63,591 nt of DNA from a virus. Taxonomy: Duplodnaviria > Caudoviricetes. The position numbers were made by a program, and so were the translations under genes. This document shows, in pieces, positions 36,530 to 46,397 of this stretch. The notes beneath the pieces are model-generated. The model was not told the origin of the DNA and made no database searches. It worked only from the letters and a program-made list of their open reading frames with translations. The DNA is taken from the IMG/VR virus record IMGVR_UViG_3300044835_000051, positions 1 to 63,591 of that record; one strand, written 5' to 3'. Each line of letters opens with the position of its first letter. Within the stretch, counting starts at the first letter, position 1.

Positions 36530-36699
36530 ACCGGGTACTCATCATCGCCGTGATGAAGGCTCGCGGGCTCGTCGAGCGCGACGCTACCGGCGAACTCAAG
36601 TTGACACCCAAGGGGCGTGAAGAGTTGGACGTCCAGGCCATGCTCGCCGAGCTGGGCCGCGAGAGGAAGCCACCGAGGGGGAAGCCTCGTGTTCGTTGA
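36526..36699 (+). CDS. Small hypothetical protein
   Basis: GTGA coupling; MKARGLVE..LKLTPKGRE (wHTH-like end). Confidence 0.45.
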   Translation: MNRVLIIAVMKARGLVERDATGELKLTPKGREELDVQAMLAELGRERKPPRGKPRVR

Positions 36700-36871
36700 C
36701 CTCGACGCCTATGAGCTAAGAGCCCTGCACTTCGCCTCCGCCTTCTCCCGCGAAATCTTCAACAGTGGGGAGCTGGTGCCCGAGTTGCCCGACGGTCGGA
36801 GCGTCTCCCCGCTCGACTCGGCGCTGATGAAGCTAGAGACGGCACTGATCGCTAGCGGGGGGTCGATGTGA
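36689..36871 (+). CDS. Small hypothetical protein
   Basis: GAGGGG SD before GTG 36689. Confidence 0.45.
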   Translation: MFVDLDAYELRALHFASAFSREIFNSGELVPELPDGRSVSPLDSALMKLETALIASGGSM

Positions 36872-36889
36872 ACTCGGAGGACGCGCGCA

Positions 36890-38122
36890 ATGGACCTTGA
36901 TCTCTTCGACTGGTCGATCGGAATCAGCGATGTGCTCCAGTGGCGCGACTGCCCCGCCAGGTTCGCTTACGGTATGCGACGCCACGTGACACTGCCGCCG
37001 CACATACAGGTCGCGCCCGATGAGAAGGACGAGCCCCCCGAGTCGCGCAACTGGACAAACGTACGTGGCTCGGCGATTCACCACGCTATACATCTAGTCG
37101 ACAAGGAGGGGCTCTCCCACGACGCGGCGATTGAGGCGGCGATGAGCGAGTACGGAGCGTGGCTTACCATTGAGGACGCCGCGCTGATGCGTGAAGACCT
37201 CGCCATCTTCGAGCGCCGCCGGCTGCTCGGCGTGCAACTCATCGCGTCCGAGGCCGACATGCGCGTGCCGCTATTCATGTACGGAGACCGGCAGGTGTTC
37301 TTTCGTTTCAAGATCGACGCACTCTACAGGCTGATCGCCGCCCCCGACGTGTTCGTCTCGGTGGACTACAAGTCCTCGAAGCACCGCAAGACACCGGCCG
37401 AGGTGCACAGCGATCTTCAGCAATGGCTATACAACTTCGGCGTCCACGAGTATTACCCCGAGTGTCGACATCTGATACAGCGCTATGACCAACTGCGCTT
37501 CGGCGTCGAGCAGACTTCCAAGAGTCCCGAGCAGCGCGCCGAGGCAAAGGACTGGCTGATCTCCCAAGTCAAGGCGATCATCGCCGACCAAACGTACGCC
37601 CCCAAGCGCAACGAGTGGTGTCGCTGGTGCCCGATGGTGACAACTTGCAGAGAAACCTACCGCGCCACCAAGGCGGCACGGGCGGAGCTGGCGATCTCTG
37701 CGCCACTCACCAGGGAGGGGAGGAAGGTCAAGGCGGTGTTCATCGAGGACCTGGAGGAGTTCGAGCGCCTGATCTCCGACGAGTTGCCGAAGCTCATCGA
37801 GGTGCGCAAACACATCGAGGTGGTCGAGAAGGAGTTGAAGCGCGTTCTCGAAGACATGCCGATCGAGGAGCGCGAGCGTTTAGGGTGGGCAGTTCGCGAG
37901 CGTAGGTCTAAGGAGTTGAGTGCCGACGGGCTACGTGCACTCTACGAGATGATGGGCGAAGAGTTCTGGCAGATCATCACACTGTCAATGACCCGGTTCG
38001 AGGAGATCGTCCCGAAGCCGGGGAAGGGCGACCCCGTTCCGCCTCAACTTCAGTTGATTCGAGACCACCAGACAGAGACCGTGTCTGGGTCTCTTGTCGT
38101 TCCCGCAAAGTCGTCGAATTGA
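36890..38122 (+). CDS. Cas4/RecB-like PD-(D/E)xK exonuclease
   Basis: DCPARF, GSAIH, KIDAL, VDYKS, QQWLY, CRWCPMVTTC (1+3 Cys Fe-S pattern). Confidence 0.85.
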   Translation: MDLDLFDWSIGISDVLQWRDCPARFAYGMRRHVTLPPHIQVAPDEKDEPPESRNWTNVRGSAIHHAIHLVDKEGLSHDAAIEAAMSEYGAWLTIEDAALMREDLAIFERRRLLGVQLIASEADMRVPLFMYGDRQVFFRFKIDALYRLIAAPDVFVSVDYKSSKHRKTPAEVHSDLQQWLYNFGVHEYYPECRHLIQRYDQLRFGVEQTSKSPEQRAEAKDWLISQVKAIIADQTYAPKRNEWCRWCPMVTTCRETYRATKAARAELAISAPLTREGRKVKAVFIEDLEEFERLISDELPKLIEVRKHIEVVEKELKRVLEDMPIEERERLGWAVRERRSKELSADGLRALYEMMGEEFWQIITLSMTRFEEIVPKPGKGDPVPPQLQLIRDHQTETVSGSLVVPAKSSN

Positions 38123-38164
38123 ACGAACCGCGCCCGCTCCCTCGGAGTGTAGTGTGACACTGTC

Positions 38165-38875
38165 ATGACAAAGCATCGACTGACACTCAACGAGCATGGA
38201 GAGTTGCTCAAACGTGACGGAACTGTTGTCGGTCGCATTTCCGCTATTAGCGTAGAAATCGACGACGAAACGTGGGGGACTATGGGGGAGGTAGTTGCTG
38301 TTGGAGAGACAGCGAACGTCAAAGACACCACCCCCCACCCCTCCAAGCCCGGCGAGCAGACGACCCTTATGCCCGACGCGGTGGTCGAGCTGTACGCGCA
38401 CTACCAGTCGAAAGTCAAAGGCGCCGAGCGTCGTCCCCTTGATGCCAAGCGCCGCCGCTGCTGCGCCGCCGCCCTCAAGGTCAGGGACATCGAGGTCTGC
38501 AAGCGAGCGATCGACTGGCTCGCCGTCTCGCCGCATCACAACGGGAAGAACGATCGCATGCAGGAGTACCTCGACATCAAGTACGCCCTGGGCCTGCCGA
38601 GCGAGAGTCCCGACGAGCGCATCGACAAAATGGCCGCACAAGCCGGGAGTTCCAACGAGCCGACGTCAGTCGGAGCGTTGATCGCACACATGCCGTCCGA
38701 CACCCACGGTTACATTCGCAACGAGATGAGATCAGCGAGCGCCGCGTACAAGACGGGACGCCGAGACCTCTCGGCCGAGACGATGCTCCGAGAGAAGGTC
38801 GGCATCGAGCCGATCTTGGAGACCGCGCTCGGCCCGACACGCCCTCGCGTCTCCGGCTGGAAGCGGTGCGGATGA
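38165..38875 (+). CDS. Phage replication initiator/organiser-like protein (putative)
   Basis: LDAKRRR..CKRAID..SPHHNGKND..YLDIKYAL resembles C-terminal domain of phage replication proteins; upstream of DnaB. Confidence 0.5.
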   Translation: MTKHRLTLNEHGELLKRDGTVVGRISAISVEIDDETWGTMGEVVAVGETANVKDTTPHPSKPGEQTTLMPDAVVELYAHYQSKVKGAERRPLDAKRRRCCAAALKVRDIEVCKRAIDWLAVSPHHNGKNDRMQEYLDIKYALGLPSESPDERIDKMAAQAGSSNEPTSVGALIAHMPSDTHGYIRNEMRSASAAYKTGRRDLSAETMLREKVGIEPILETALGPTRPRVSGWKRCG

Positions 38876-39300
38876 GCCCCGAGCCCGAAGACGTCGGCCA
38901 AAGGGCGCAGGCGGCAGCAGAAGCGCACCTGGCGGCCTGTGAGGAGGCGATGTGCGAGGCGGACTGTCTCGGCGAGGCCGAAGTCGACTCCCCGGCCAGC
39001 GCTCCGTTCTGTGGCTGCACCACCTGCCAGGTCCGCGAGACCCTCCACGCCGCATGGCCGATCTTCGAGGAGGACGCCGAGGAGTGGAAGCTGAGGCTCG
39101 CCGATATCGCCGAGGTCGTGGAGGCCGCCTGGGTCGACGAGGACACCGGAGAGCTACGGGACGCGGGTGGCTTCCTTTCCGCGCTCGACTACGCACTCCG
39201 CGGCGACCCCGGCTGCATCGAGCCCGAAGAGTGGGAGCAGGGCCGCCGTCGAGCGCTGGCGACCGCGATCTCCAGGGAGCAGGCGCGGCATGGTCGCTAA
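38872..39300 (+). CDS. Hypothetical protein with FCGCTTC motif
   Basis: ATGA coupling. Confidence 0.55.
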   Translation: MSPEPEDVGQRAQAAAEAHLAACEEAMCEADCLGEAEVDSPASAPFCGCTTCQVRETLHAAWPIFEEDAEEWKLRLADIAEVVEAAWVDEDTGELRDAGGFLSALDYALRGDPGCIEPEEWEQGRRRALATAISREQARHGR

Positions 39301-39481
39301 GCGCTTCTCCCGCTGCGTCGTCTGCACCGCCACGATCGCGCCGGGCGACGAGATCGAGCCGCTCCCCGAGAACCACTTTCGCCACGCCGACTGCACAGGC
39401 CCCGTCGCCAAGGTCGCCACGGAGGTAGGCCGCGAGGTGCAACGCAGGGCATGGTCGAAGCGCCGGGAGGAGCAGTCATGA
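39290..39481 (+). CDS. Small zinc-finger protein
   Basis: AKRFSRCVVC..IAPGDEI..HADC. Confidence 0.6.
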   Translation: MVAKRFSRCVVCTATIAPGDEIEPLPENHFRHADCTGPVAKVATEVGREVQRRAWSKRREEQS

Positions 39482-40875
39482 CAGGCACCTCCCTCATGGC
39501 GATGCCCGTCAACGCCGCCGCCGAATGGTCGGTGCTCGCCTCGATGCTCCGCACTCCCGCCGTCATCGGCGAACTCGTCGGCGCCCAACTCGAAGCCAAG
39601 GACTTCTCGATGCCCGACACGAGGCTTCTCTACTCAACTTGCGTCGAGTCGTACTACGCCCAGAGGGCCGTCGACCCGCTCGTCGTCGGCGAGGCGTGCA
39701 GAGAAGAACTCACGCGGTACTGGCAGCTCGCCGACCCGTCGTCCGCGGCGCAGGAGTTGGTCGACCGCGTCATTCGCGGTCTCGTCCCCGGCGAGATCTT
39801 GGAGCACGTCGCGATCGTCAAGAAGCTCTCGACCGCCAGGCAGCTCATGGCGGTGTGCACCGACGCCCTCGCCGCGATTCAGGAAGGCACCCAGTCACCC
39901 GAAGAGGTCGGCGACGTCATGTCCACCGCCGCGCTCCAGATCACCAGCGGTCACGTCAAGCGCTCGGAGCTGCTCGGGTGGATGGACACCGGGCGTGAGT
40001 ATGCCCGCCACCTCCAGCGCATCATCGCCGCCCGTGAGCAGGGCATCGAGATCGGCGTCTACACCAGCCTGAAGTGCATCGACGACTACACCGCGGGTAT
40101 CGGCCCCGGCGAGGTGTGCTTCCTGGCCGGCGAAGCGGGCGTCGGCAAGTCGGCGTTGGCTTGGACGGCGCTGATGGGCTTCGTAGCCAAGCAGATGAAA
40201 CGCCCGCCCGAGCTGCGCGTCGGCACTCTCGTCCTCTCACTGGAGATGGGCCTGTACGGCTCAACCCAGCGCGTAGTCCAGTCGCTCACCGGCATCGACG
40301 GTGTCAGGCTGCGCGAAGGCAATGTGTCAAAGGCGGAGTATCACCGAGTCTTGACAGAGTGGAAGAACCGGGAGAACCTGCCTGTCGTGTGGAACTTCGC
40401 GTCGAACTTCCGCCTGTCACAGATGCGAGCGCTGATCGCCGAGGCCATTCGCCGCCATCACGTCGGCTTCGTCGTGCTCGACCACTTCCGCATGGTGGAC
40501 ACCGACCGCAAGTACAACAACCCACTACAGGAGGACGAGGCCAAGGTCCGCTTCATCTCCGAGAACATCGCCAAAGACCTGAACGTCGCCGTCCTCGTTC
40601 TCGCCCACTCGATCAAGGTGGGGCGCGGCAGCTCCGGCGACTCACCCAGGCCACGCCTCGCCGACCTGCGCGGCTCGGGACAGATCGCCGCGGCAGCAGA
40701 CTTCGTAGGCTTCCTCTACAGTCCGGCGAAGCACATGAGTGACGACGCCCGCGAAGAGATGGGCGGCGACCTGACAGACATGGAGGTCGCGTGGGAAAAG
40801 AACCGATGGGGATCAATGGACAGCGCGAAGTGCAAGCTCTTACCCGGCACCATGACATTCGTAGATCGCTACTGA
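39478..40875 (+). CDS. dnaB: Replicative DNA helicase DnaB
   Basis: AEWSVLAS, LAGEAGVGKS, LSLEM, VVLDHF, PRLADLRGSGQIAAAAD, KNRWG. Confidence 0.93.
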   Translation: MTGTSLMAMPVNAAAEWSVLASMLRTPAVIGELVGAQLEAKDFSMPDTRLLYSTCVESYYAQRAVDPLVVGEACREELTRYWQLADPSSAAQELVDRVIRGLVPGEILEHVAIVKKLSTARQLMAVCTDALAAIQEGTQSPEEVGDVMSTAALQITSGHVKRSELLGWMDTGREYARHLQRIIAAREQGIEIGVYTSLKCIDDYTAGIGPGEVCFLAGEAGVGKSALAWTALMGFVAKQMKRPPELRVGTLVLSLEMGLYGSTQRVVQSLTGIDGVRLREGNVSKAEYHRVLTEWKNRENLPVVWNFASNFRLSQMRALIAEAIRRHHVGFVVLDHFRMVDTDRKYNNPLQEDEAKVRFISENIAKDLNVAVLVLAHSIKVGRGSSGDSPRPRLADLRGSGQIAAAADFVGFLYSPAKHMSDDAREEMGGDLTDMEVAWEKNRWGSMDSAKCKLLPGTMTFVDRY

Positions 40876-41408
40876 TGACGCAGGTGCCGATCTACCACGG
40901 CCACGCGCGGAAGCGGAGGAAGGCGGTCGTTGGGTGGGCGCTCGTCTCGGACGACGATGCCTCACTGGTTCGGGGCTACTGTTGGCACCTGAAGGTGAAT
41001 CGCTCTGGCATTCTGTACGCTGTCGCCTATGGGCCGTACGATGCCGACGGCAAGCGCAAGGTCGTCCGCATGCACCGACTGGTAGCCGGACTCGGCGACG
41101 ATGACCCGCGCGAGCCCGACCACATCGACGGGAACGGGCTCAACAACCAGCGGTTCAACTTGCGCATCGCTACCCATGCGCAGAACCAGCAGAATCGACA
41201 CGGCGGGCGCGGTAGCTCTCGCCACCGGGGCGTGTCGTGGGACCGGGACAGAGGCAAGTGGAAGGCGGCAGTAGGGCTGGACGGGCGCACGCACAACCTC
41301 GGCCGCTTCGACGACGAAGCGGCGGCTGCCGACGCCGCAGCAAACTTCAGAGCAGCACACATGCCGTACTCACAAGAGGCGGCCGAACTGACGAGGAGTA
41401 CACGATGA
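40875..41408 (+). CDS. HNH endonuclease with AP2 domain
   Basis: MHRLVA..PDHIDGNGLNNQRFNLR, SRHRGVSW..WKA..LGRFDDEAAAA; TGATG coupling to dnaB. Confidence 0.88.
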   Translation: MTQVPIYHGHARKRRKAVVGWALVSDDDASLVRGYCWHLKVNRSGILYAVAYGPYDADGKRKVVRMHRLVAGLGDDDPREPDHIDGNGLNNQRFNLRIATHAQNQQNRHGGRGSSRHRGVSWDRDRGKWKAAVGLDGRTHNLGRFDDEAAAADAAANFRAAHMPYSQEAAELTRSTR

Positions 41409-42451
41409 GTGAAGGTACGGACGCATTTGTGGCCGGCGTAGAGATCGGCGACGATGACCCATTTCTGAACACCGACTTCGGCGATTTCTCCGACGACAAG
41501 CCAACTGAAGTTCAGCCGGAGCCGCCCGACGACGTCCCCTCGGTCGACGCCGACATTCCGATCGTCAACGCCGAGGGCGAGCACATCTCCCCCGAGGCAG
41601 CCGAGGCGGCACGCAAGGCGATGGAGGCTGTCGAGCGCGAGAGGGCCGAGCAGGCAGCAGCGGAGGCCGCGATGGCCGCCAACCCGATCGAGCCCGTAGA
41701 CGGACACGACCTGGCCAACGCTATCGCCGCTACTACCTCGCTTGAGCCCGCCGCAGAGGCCCCAGCGCCCGCGCAGGCGCCCGTGGACCCTACCCCAGCC
41801 GTGGACGGTGGGACGACTGGTTCGATTACTGAGCCCGCCGAGCGCTTCAACCCGGTGAGTCAGACGATGGAGGCGCCGGCCCCGGCCCCCGTCGAGCTGG
41901 GCGGCGCGATGATGAAGCCCGACCGCGTCCCCACCCAGGTCCCCGAAGCGCTGCGGGTGCCGGTCGGCGAGGCAGCCGTCATCGAGGAGGAAGAAGAGGC
42001 CGCCGTTCCCGAGGTCGAGACCGCGCCGCCACCGCCACCACCACCGGCCGAGCCGCCCGCCCCGCCGACCGCACCCGAAGGCATCGCCGCTCTCGAAGTC
42101 CCCGAGAACCCTGACCACGCGCCCGAGCCCGAGGAACTCAAGAACAACGCCGGCAAGGTCGTCAAGCGCCGGTACGTCGTCTTGCAGGTCGACGGCCCCG
42201 GCAAGTTCTCACAGATCGCATGGCATGTCGACAAGGCCGGCAAGATCGTGGCGAAGGGAACGCCCGGCGCCAGGAGGCAGACAGTAGCGTTGGCGCGCGG
42301 CACCGACGAGGCGCTGAAGATCGGGTATGCCGCGGTCGGCTCGCCGGCCAAGGGCGTGACACTCATCGCATGCGCCCAGCTTCACTTCCAGCCCCGCAAG
42401 ATCGAGCCGATAGAGCCCGAGCCGGAGAAGCAAAGGCTGAAGATCACCTGA
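41405..42451 (+). CDS. Hypothetical protein, acidic Pro-rich N-terminus + basic C-terminal domain
   Basis: GAGGAG SD before ATG 41405. Confidence 0.7.
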   Translation: MSEGTDAFVAGVEIGDDDPFLNTDFGDFSDDKPTEVQPEPPDDVPSVDADIPIVNAEGEHISPEAAEAARKAMEAVERERAEQAAAEAAMAANPIEPVDGHDLANAIAATTSLEPAAEAPAPAQAPVDPTPAVDGGTTGSITEPAERFNPVSQTMEAPAPAPVELGGAMMKPDRVPTQVPEALRVPVGEAAVIEEEEEAAVPEVETAPPPPPPPAEPPAPPTAPEGIAALEVPENPDHAPEPEELKNNAGKVVKRRYVVLQVDGPGKFSQIAWHVDKAGKIVAKGTPGARRQTVALARGTDEALKIGYAAVGSPAKGVTLIACAQLHFQPRKIEPIEPEPEKQRLKIT

Positions 42452-42452
42452 C

Positions 42453-42896
42453 ATGGCTGAGCGTGCCGGCAGCGGTCGGAAGATGACGCTGACGATCACC
42501 GACTGTCGTCATGTGTACTCGGGCGTCAACAAGAAGGGTGACACCTACGAGATATACGAGATCGACGCCACCAAGGACGGCGCGAAAATCAACGAGAAGC
42601 TGCGAGCGTTCGCATCGCTGGCGATCGGACAGCCGATAGCGGTCAACGTCGTTCCGTTCGAGTCCGAACAGTACGGAAAGTCCTTCACTCTCTACGAGGT
42701 CGGCGCCAGCAAGGCGACCAGCACCGCCGAAGGTCTGAACGAGCTGCGGCGGGAGGTCACCGAGTTGGCGACACGGCAGCGCGACCTGCTCGCCAGGGTC
42801 GACGGCCTCCAGCAGATGATGCGGCCGGCGGTTGCGGCGCCGGCCGCCGACGGGGCGAAGCTCGACGAGGAGTTCGGGAAAGACGCCCCTTGGTAG
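42453..42896 (+). CDS. SSB-like (OB-fold) protein (putative)
   Basis: Beta-rich N-terminus, coiled coil, acidic-aromatic tail DEEFGKDAPW. Confidence 0.5.
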   Translation: MAERAGSGRKMTLTITDCRHVYSGVNKKGDTYEIYEIDATKDGAKINEKLRAFASLAIGQPIAVNVVPFESEQYGKSFTLYEVGASKATSTAEGLNELRREVTELATRQRDLLARVDGLQQMMRPAVAAPAADGAKLDEEFGKDAPW

Positions 42897-42945
42897 TGAC
42901 GATCGAACGCCAGTTCGCTCCTTGGCGTGCTACCCTCGTTCACCG

Positions 42946-43482
42946 ATGACAGCCTACGGCGAGCTTGGACCGTTCGAGGGTCTCGTGTACACGACGGCTC
43001 GCATGTTCGCAGCGGGCGCGAACATGGAATGCGAGGACATGAGACAGGAGCTTCGCGTCGCGGTGTGGCAGGCGATCGGGAAGCACGACCCCTCGAAGAT
43101 GCCACTCAACCGCTTCGTCTTCGCTCTCGTCAGCAACCGGGCGTCGACCCTGCGGCGTGGCGCCATGCGCAGAACCAATCGCGAGGGCCGGCCATGCGAC
43201 GGAGACGTGGTCGGTCGCGCGGATGCCCGCACCTACGTCACTCGTGACGAGGTGTACGGCAAGATCGACGGAGGCTTGCTCACCCTGCCGGCAACGGTCA
43301 CCCAGCGGGAGGCCGACGTGCTCGTGATGCTGATGATGGAAATGGGCAAGATGGAGATCGCCCGGCGCCTGGAGGTCGGGCGACGCGAGGTGGACACCTT
43401 GACCGAGGCCCTCCGGATAAAGTTTGCCGACTGGCGCCCACTACAGGGCGACGCCAGTCGGATCGTAGCTCTAGCCGCCTGA
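42946..43482 (+). CDS. RNA polymerase sigma-70-family (ECF-like) factor
   Basis: Region 2 EDMRQELRVAVWQAIGKHDP..F and region 4 HTH VTQREADVL..KMEIARRLEV; TGnTACCCT upstream. Confidence 0.75.
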   Translation: MTAYGELGPFEGLVYTTARMFAAGANMECEDMRQELRVAVWQAIGKHDPSKMPLNRFVFALVSNRASTLRRGAMRRTNREGRPCDGDVVGRADARTYVTRDEVYGKIDGGLLTLPATVTQREADVLVMLMMEMGKMEIARRLEVGRREVDTLTEALRIKFADWRPLQGDASRIVALAA

Positions 43483-43851
43483 CGACAAGAACTTCCGCAG
43501 CGGATAGTCGTTGTCGTAGCCGGTGGTGTTCCACTTCTCGATACCGGCCTCGATCTCCGGGGTGACCGACTGCGCCTTGAGCCGGACCGCCTGCGCGACC
43601 ATCCATGCAGGCACGTCGAGAACGTCGACACGTCGCCTGCGGCCGAAGTTGATTGGGGCCAGCTCGCCGCGACTGTCCTCGGCGAGATCGGCTTCGGTGG
43701 TGAACCCCGGAGTCTTCTCGTTGCCGAAGGGACAGAAGACGCCGGAGTAGTTCTCCCAGTGCATGTCGACCGCGTCGGCGGCGGAGATGGCGAGCGCGTA
43801 GGCGGTGTCGGTGACCCGGAAGGTGCGTGTGTAGCTGTACCACCTCATCAT
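43471..43851 (-). CDS. Hypothetical protein
   Basis: MMRWYSYTR..; last gene of - arm, stop overlaps sigma gene end. Confidence 0.6.
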   Translation of the reverse strand: MMRWYSYTRTFRVTDTAYALAISAADAVDMHWENYSGVFCPFGNEKTPGFTTEADLAEDSRGELAPINFGRRRRVDVLDVPAWMVAQAVRLKAQSVTPEIEAGIEKWNTTGYDNDYPLRKFLSSGG

Positions 43852-44093
43852 GCGAGCGGGGGAAGGTTGCGCCGTTCGTTGCCGACGACGATGTCCTCCG
43901 GGTCGTGCTCCCCGATGATGTCGACGCACACCTTCTTCAGCGTGATCGTGGCGATGCTGAGCCCTGCTGGGGTGTCGGGGCCGGGCGTGGCGCATGACCA
44001 CACGACCGAGACGATGCCCTCGATTCGGTGGCCGGTGTCGGTGTAGACGTGCGTCGTCGCCGAGTTCCCGTCACTGACGATACGCAGTCTCAT
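43848..44093 (-). CDS. Hypothetical protein
   Basis: Coupled overlaps; MRLRIVSDG.. Confidence 0.6.
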   Translation of the reverse strand: MRLRIVSDGNSATTHVYTDTGHRIEGIVSVVWSCATPGPDTPAGLSIATITLKKVCVDIIGEHDPEDIVVGNERRNLPPLA

Positions 44094-44608
44094 GTGCCCG
44101 GCCGATAATCGGGGCCGGTCGAGATGCCGGGCTGCCAGTCGCGCTGGCGGGCCTTGCCTGGGTCGATGCCGCGCTCACGCAGCTCGGCCTCCAGCTCGGC
44201 CTGGGTGCCAACGGCTCGCCGGAAGTAGCCGATGCCGGCTTTCTCGCCGGCCGGCAGGACCCACAGGTGTATCTGGTTGGCGCCGTCCAGGAGCCGGCTT
44301 TCGGCGGGGAACAGCTCGACCGCCTCGCGCTCCCAGCCGACGACCTCGTTCTTGATCGCCTGGAGGTGACGCCAGTCGCGTTCGGGTCCGCGGGTGTGGA
44401 GCTTGATCGACAGGTGTAGCGTTCCGCCGCGATGCTCGCCGAGATACCGGACCTGGCACTCATAGAGGTCGTTGAACCACACTTCGGCCATCGGTAGCTC
44501 GCCGAGCGCCACCAGCGCTGCCTGTGCGTCGGGGTTGATCGTCCCCTCGCGCATCGGCGTCCACGGCTTCTGGTCGCCGGAAGGCAACCCACGTTTGACC
44601 TCGCTCAT
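44090..44608 (-). CDS. Conserved phage protein (DWR.LQ.IKNE family)
   Basis: LHLSIK..DWRHLQAIKNEVVG.EREAVELFPAESRLLDGANQIHLW. Confidence 0.7.
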   Translation of the reverse strand: MSEVKRGLPSGDQKPWTPMREGTINPDAQAALVALGELPMAEVWFNDLYECQVRYLGEHRGGTLHLSIKLHTRGPERDWRHLQAIKNEVVGWEREAVELFPAESRLLDGANQIHLWVLPAGEKAGIGYFRRAVGTQAELEAELRERGIDPGKARQRDWQPGISTGPDYRPGT

Positions 44609-44999
44609 TGCTCTCGATGACACAGAGTATCTCCCGTTCGTTGGTAAGTTGTTCGAGTACGGATGCGACCCACCTTCTCTCTCTCCGTTCGCGCTTGGTG
44701 ATCGACTTCTTCGAGTGGACCTTGGCGTAGCGCCGCCAGATTTCCGTCGCCGTCCTGGGTGTCGAGTCGACGCAGGCGAGTATCTTGCGGACGCGAGCCC
44801 GGCGCGGCGGTGTCATGGCGCTGCTGTCGCGGTCGTCCAGCGCGCCCTCGATCGCCTCGATGATGGTCGGGGCAGAGCCCTCCCCGAAATCGTCCCGACC
44901 GGAGTAGAGATGACAGCGATACCCACTGCCCTCATGGTTGACCTCCAGCGAGGTGATGTCCGCGCCCTCCAGCCGTTCGATGAGATCGTCGGCGATCAT
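44460..44999 (-). CDS. Hypothetical two-domain protein, C-terminal winged-helix-like
   Basis: Coupled to recombinase stop; PRTATEIW..VASVLEQL pattern; overlaps next gene by about 150 nt. Confidence 0.5.
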   Translation of the reverse strand: MIADDLIERLEGADITSLEVNHEGSGYRCHLYSGRDDFGEGSAPTIIEAIEGALDDRDSSAMTPPRRARVRKILACVDSTPRTATEIWRRYAKVHSKKSITKRERRERRWVASVLEQLTNEREILCVIESNERGQTWVAFRRPEAVDADARGDDQPRRTGSAGGARRATDGRSVVQRPL

Positions 45000-46057
45000 G
45001 CGAGCTTCAGCCGCGCGGCAAAGGCGGCCTCGGCCGCCTCGAACGCTTCGTCAATGTCCCCTTTCAGCAACTCGGCATACATGAGTGTGGTTTCGAGTGA
45101 ACTATGACCCATGTAAACCCGGAGCTTCTCCAGTGGGACCCCGGCGCGGAGCCATTCGGTCGCGGCGGTGTGACGTAGGCGGTGGAGGCACCAGCCCGGC
45201 CCGAAGGGCTTGAGGAAGTCCCGCATCTGCCTGAAGCTCATCGGTTCGAGCTGGCGGTGGGTGTCGCCCTGCCTTGTCATCATCACCCACGGCGAGTCGT
45301 GGTCGGGCCGCAGGACGGTGCGGAAGTCCAACCACTCCTGTACGCATGTTCGGGCGTGCTGGGTGTAGGGGACGGCCCTGACCTTCTCGCGTCCGGGCTG
45401 CTGCTTCGCTGACTTCACGACTATCTGGTCGTTGTCGTAGTGCAGCGCGGGGATGCTCATGTTGAGTATCTCGATGCGCCTGAGCCCTTGCTCCAGCGCC
45501 AACGCGATGATCGCTTCGTACTGGAGTCTCCTGCCGTGACGCCACAACTGGCGCCGCAGGCCCGTGTTGGTGCCCTGCCCCTGGAGGTGGAACTTGAGCA
45601 GATGCGAGCCCTTGCCGACCGAGGGCATCGGCGGGTACTTGGCGGAGACGATCGCGTGCAGCTCATGGATTTGCGCTGCCGTATACGGTCGAGGCTTGCT
45701 TCGCCCCCCCGACCCACGAGGACTACGGACCAACTTGAGTCGGTCCGAACGGGCGTCGTCGATAAGGCCCGCCTCGTTAGCCCAAAAGACGAAGCCGCGA
45801 ACCATGTTCATCTCCTTGAGCGCGGTTGTCGGCTTGAGCCCGCGCTTGAGGAGAGAGCCGACATAGACGGCCATGTCCTCCGCGGTGATCTCGTCGAGTG
45901 GCCTGCGCATCTGCGCGGTGAGTTGGCGCAGGGTGGAGTTCTGCTGTAGCCGGCGCCCTTCGGTGATGCTGTTCGTGTCGTAGTACTCCCGCTCGAACCT
46001 GGCCAGTATCGCCTCGGTCCGTTCGTCCTGCGTTACGCTCATCGCTACTCGGCCCAT
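44996..46057 (-). CDS. Tyrosine recombinase/integrase
   Basis: Catalytic R (GLRRIE), K (KSAK), HxxR (LHRLRH), H (MGHSS), Y (TLMY); SAM-like N-terminus. Confidence 0.92.
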   Translation of the reverse strand: MGRVAMSVTQDERTEAILARFEREYYDTNSITEGRRLQQNSTLRQLTAQMRRPLDEITAEDMAVYVGSLLKRGLKPTTALKEMNMVRGFVFWANEAGLIDDARSDRLKLVRSPRGSGGRSKPRPYTAAQIHELHAIVSAKYPPMPSVGKGSHLLKFHLQGQGTNTGLRRQLWRHGRRLQYEAIIALALEQGLRRIEILNMSIPALHYDNDQIVVKSAKQQPGREKVRAVPYTQHARTCVQEWLDFRTVLRPDHDSPWVMMTRQGDTHRQLEPMSFRQMRDFLKPFGPGWCLHRLRHTAATEWLRAGVPLEKLRVYMGHSSLETTLMYAELLKGDIDEAFEAAEAAFAARLKLA

Positions 46058-46076
46058 GTTGGTCTCCGATCGGTGG

Positions 46077-46397
46077 TTAGTTGTTGTCGAGCAAGCTGAC
46101 GACGTCGTCGTAAGCCATGTCGGCCGCCGCCGCGAGCCCCTCGTTCTGGGAGCGCAGCTTCGCGTTCTCGACGGTGAGCTTCGTCGCCTCGGCGGTGACG
46201 ATCTCCACGACGGACTTCAGGCGGGCGATCTCGTCACGGTAGGACTTGCACTGCGCGGACTGGTCGACCTCCTCGGCGGTGGATGCGAGATGTTCCACGG
46301 CCGTCGCCGTGTACATCATGGCCTGCTCGGGGGTCACGTCGAAGCGCTCGTGAATCGCGACGGCGGCACGTCGTAGCCTGGTCTGTTCGGTGGTCAT
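46077..46397 (-). CDS. Coiled-coil hypothetical protein
   Basis: 106-aa ORF with heptads. Confidence 0.6.
   Translation of the reverse strand: MTTEQTRLRRAAVAIHERFDVTPEQAMMYTATAVEHLASTAEEVDQSAQCKSYRDEIARLKSVVEIVTAEATKLTVENAKLRSQNEGLAAAADMAYDDVVSLLDNN

Noticed and set aside
36890-38122. CRISPR-Cas locus suggested by Cas4-like gene
   Set aside because: No repeat-spacer array or other cas genes; solo Cas4/RecB-like nucleases are common in phage recombination modules
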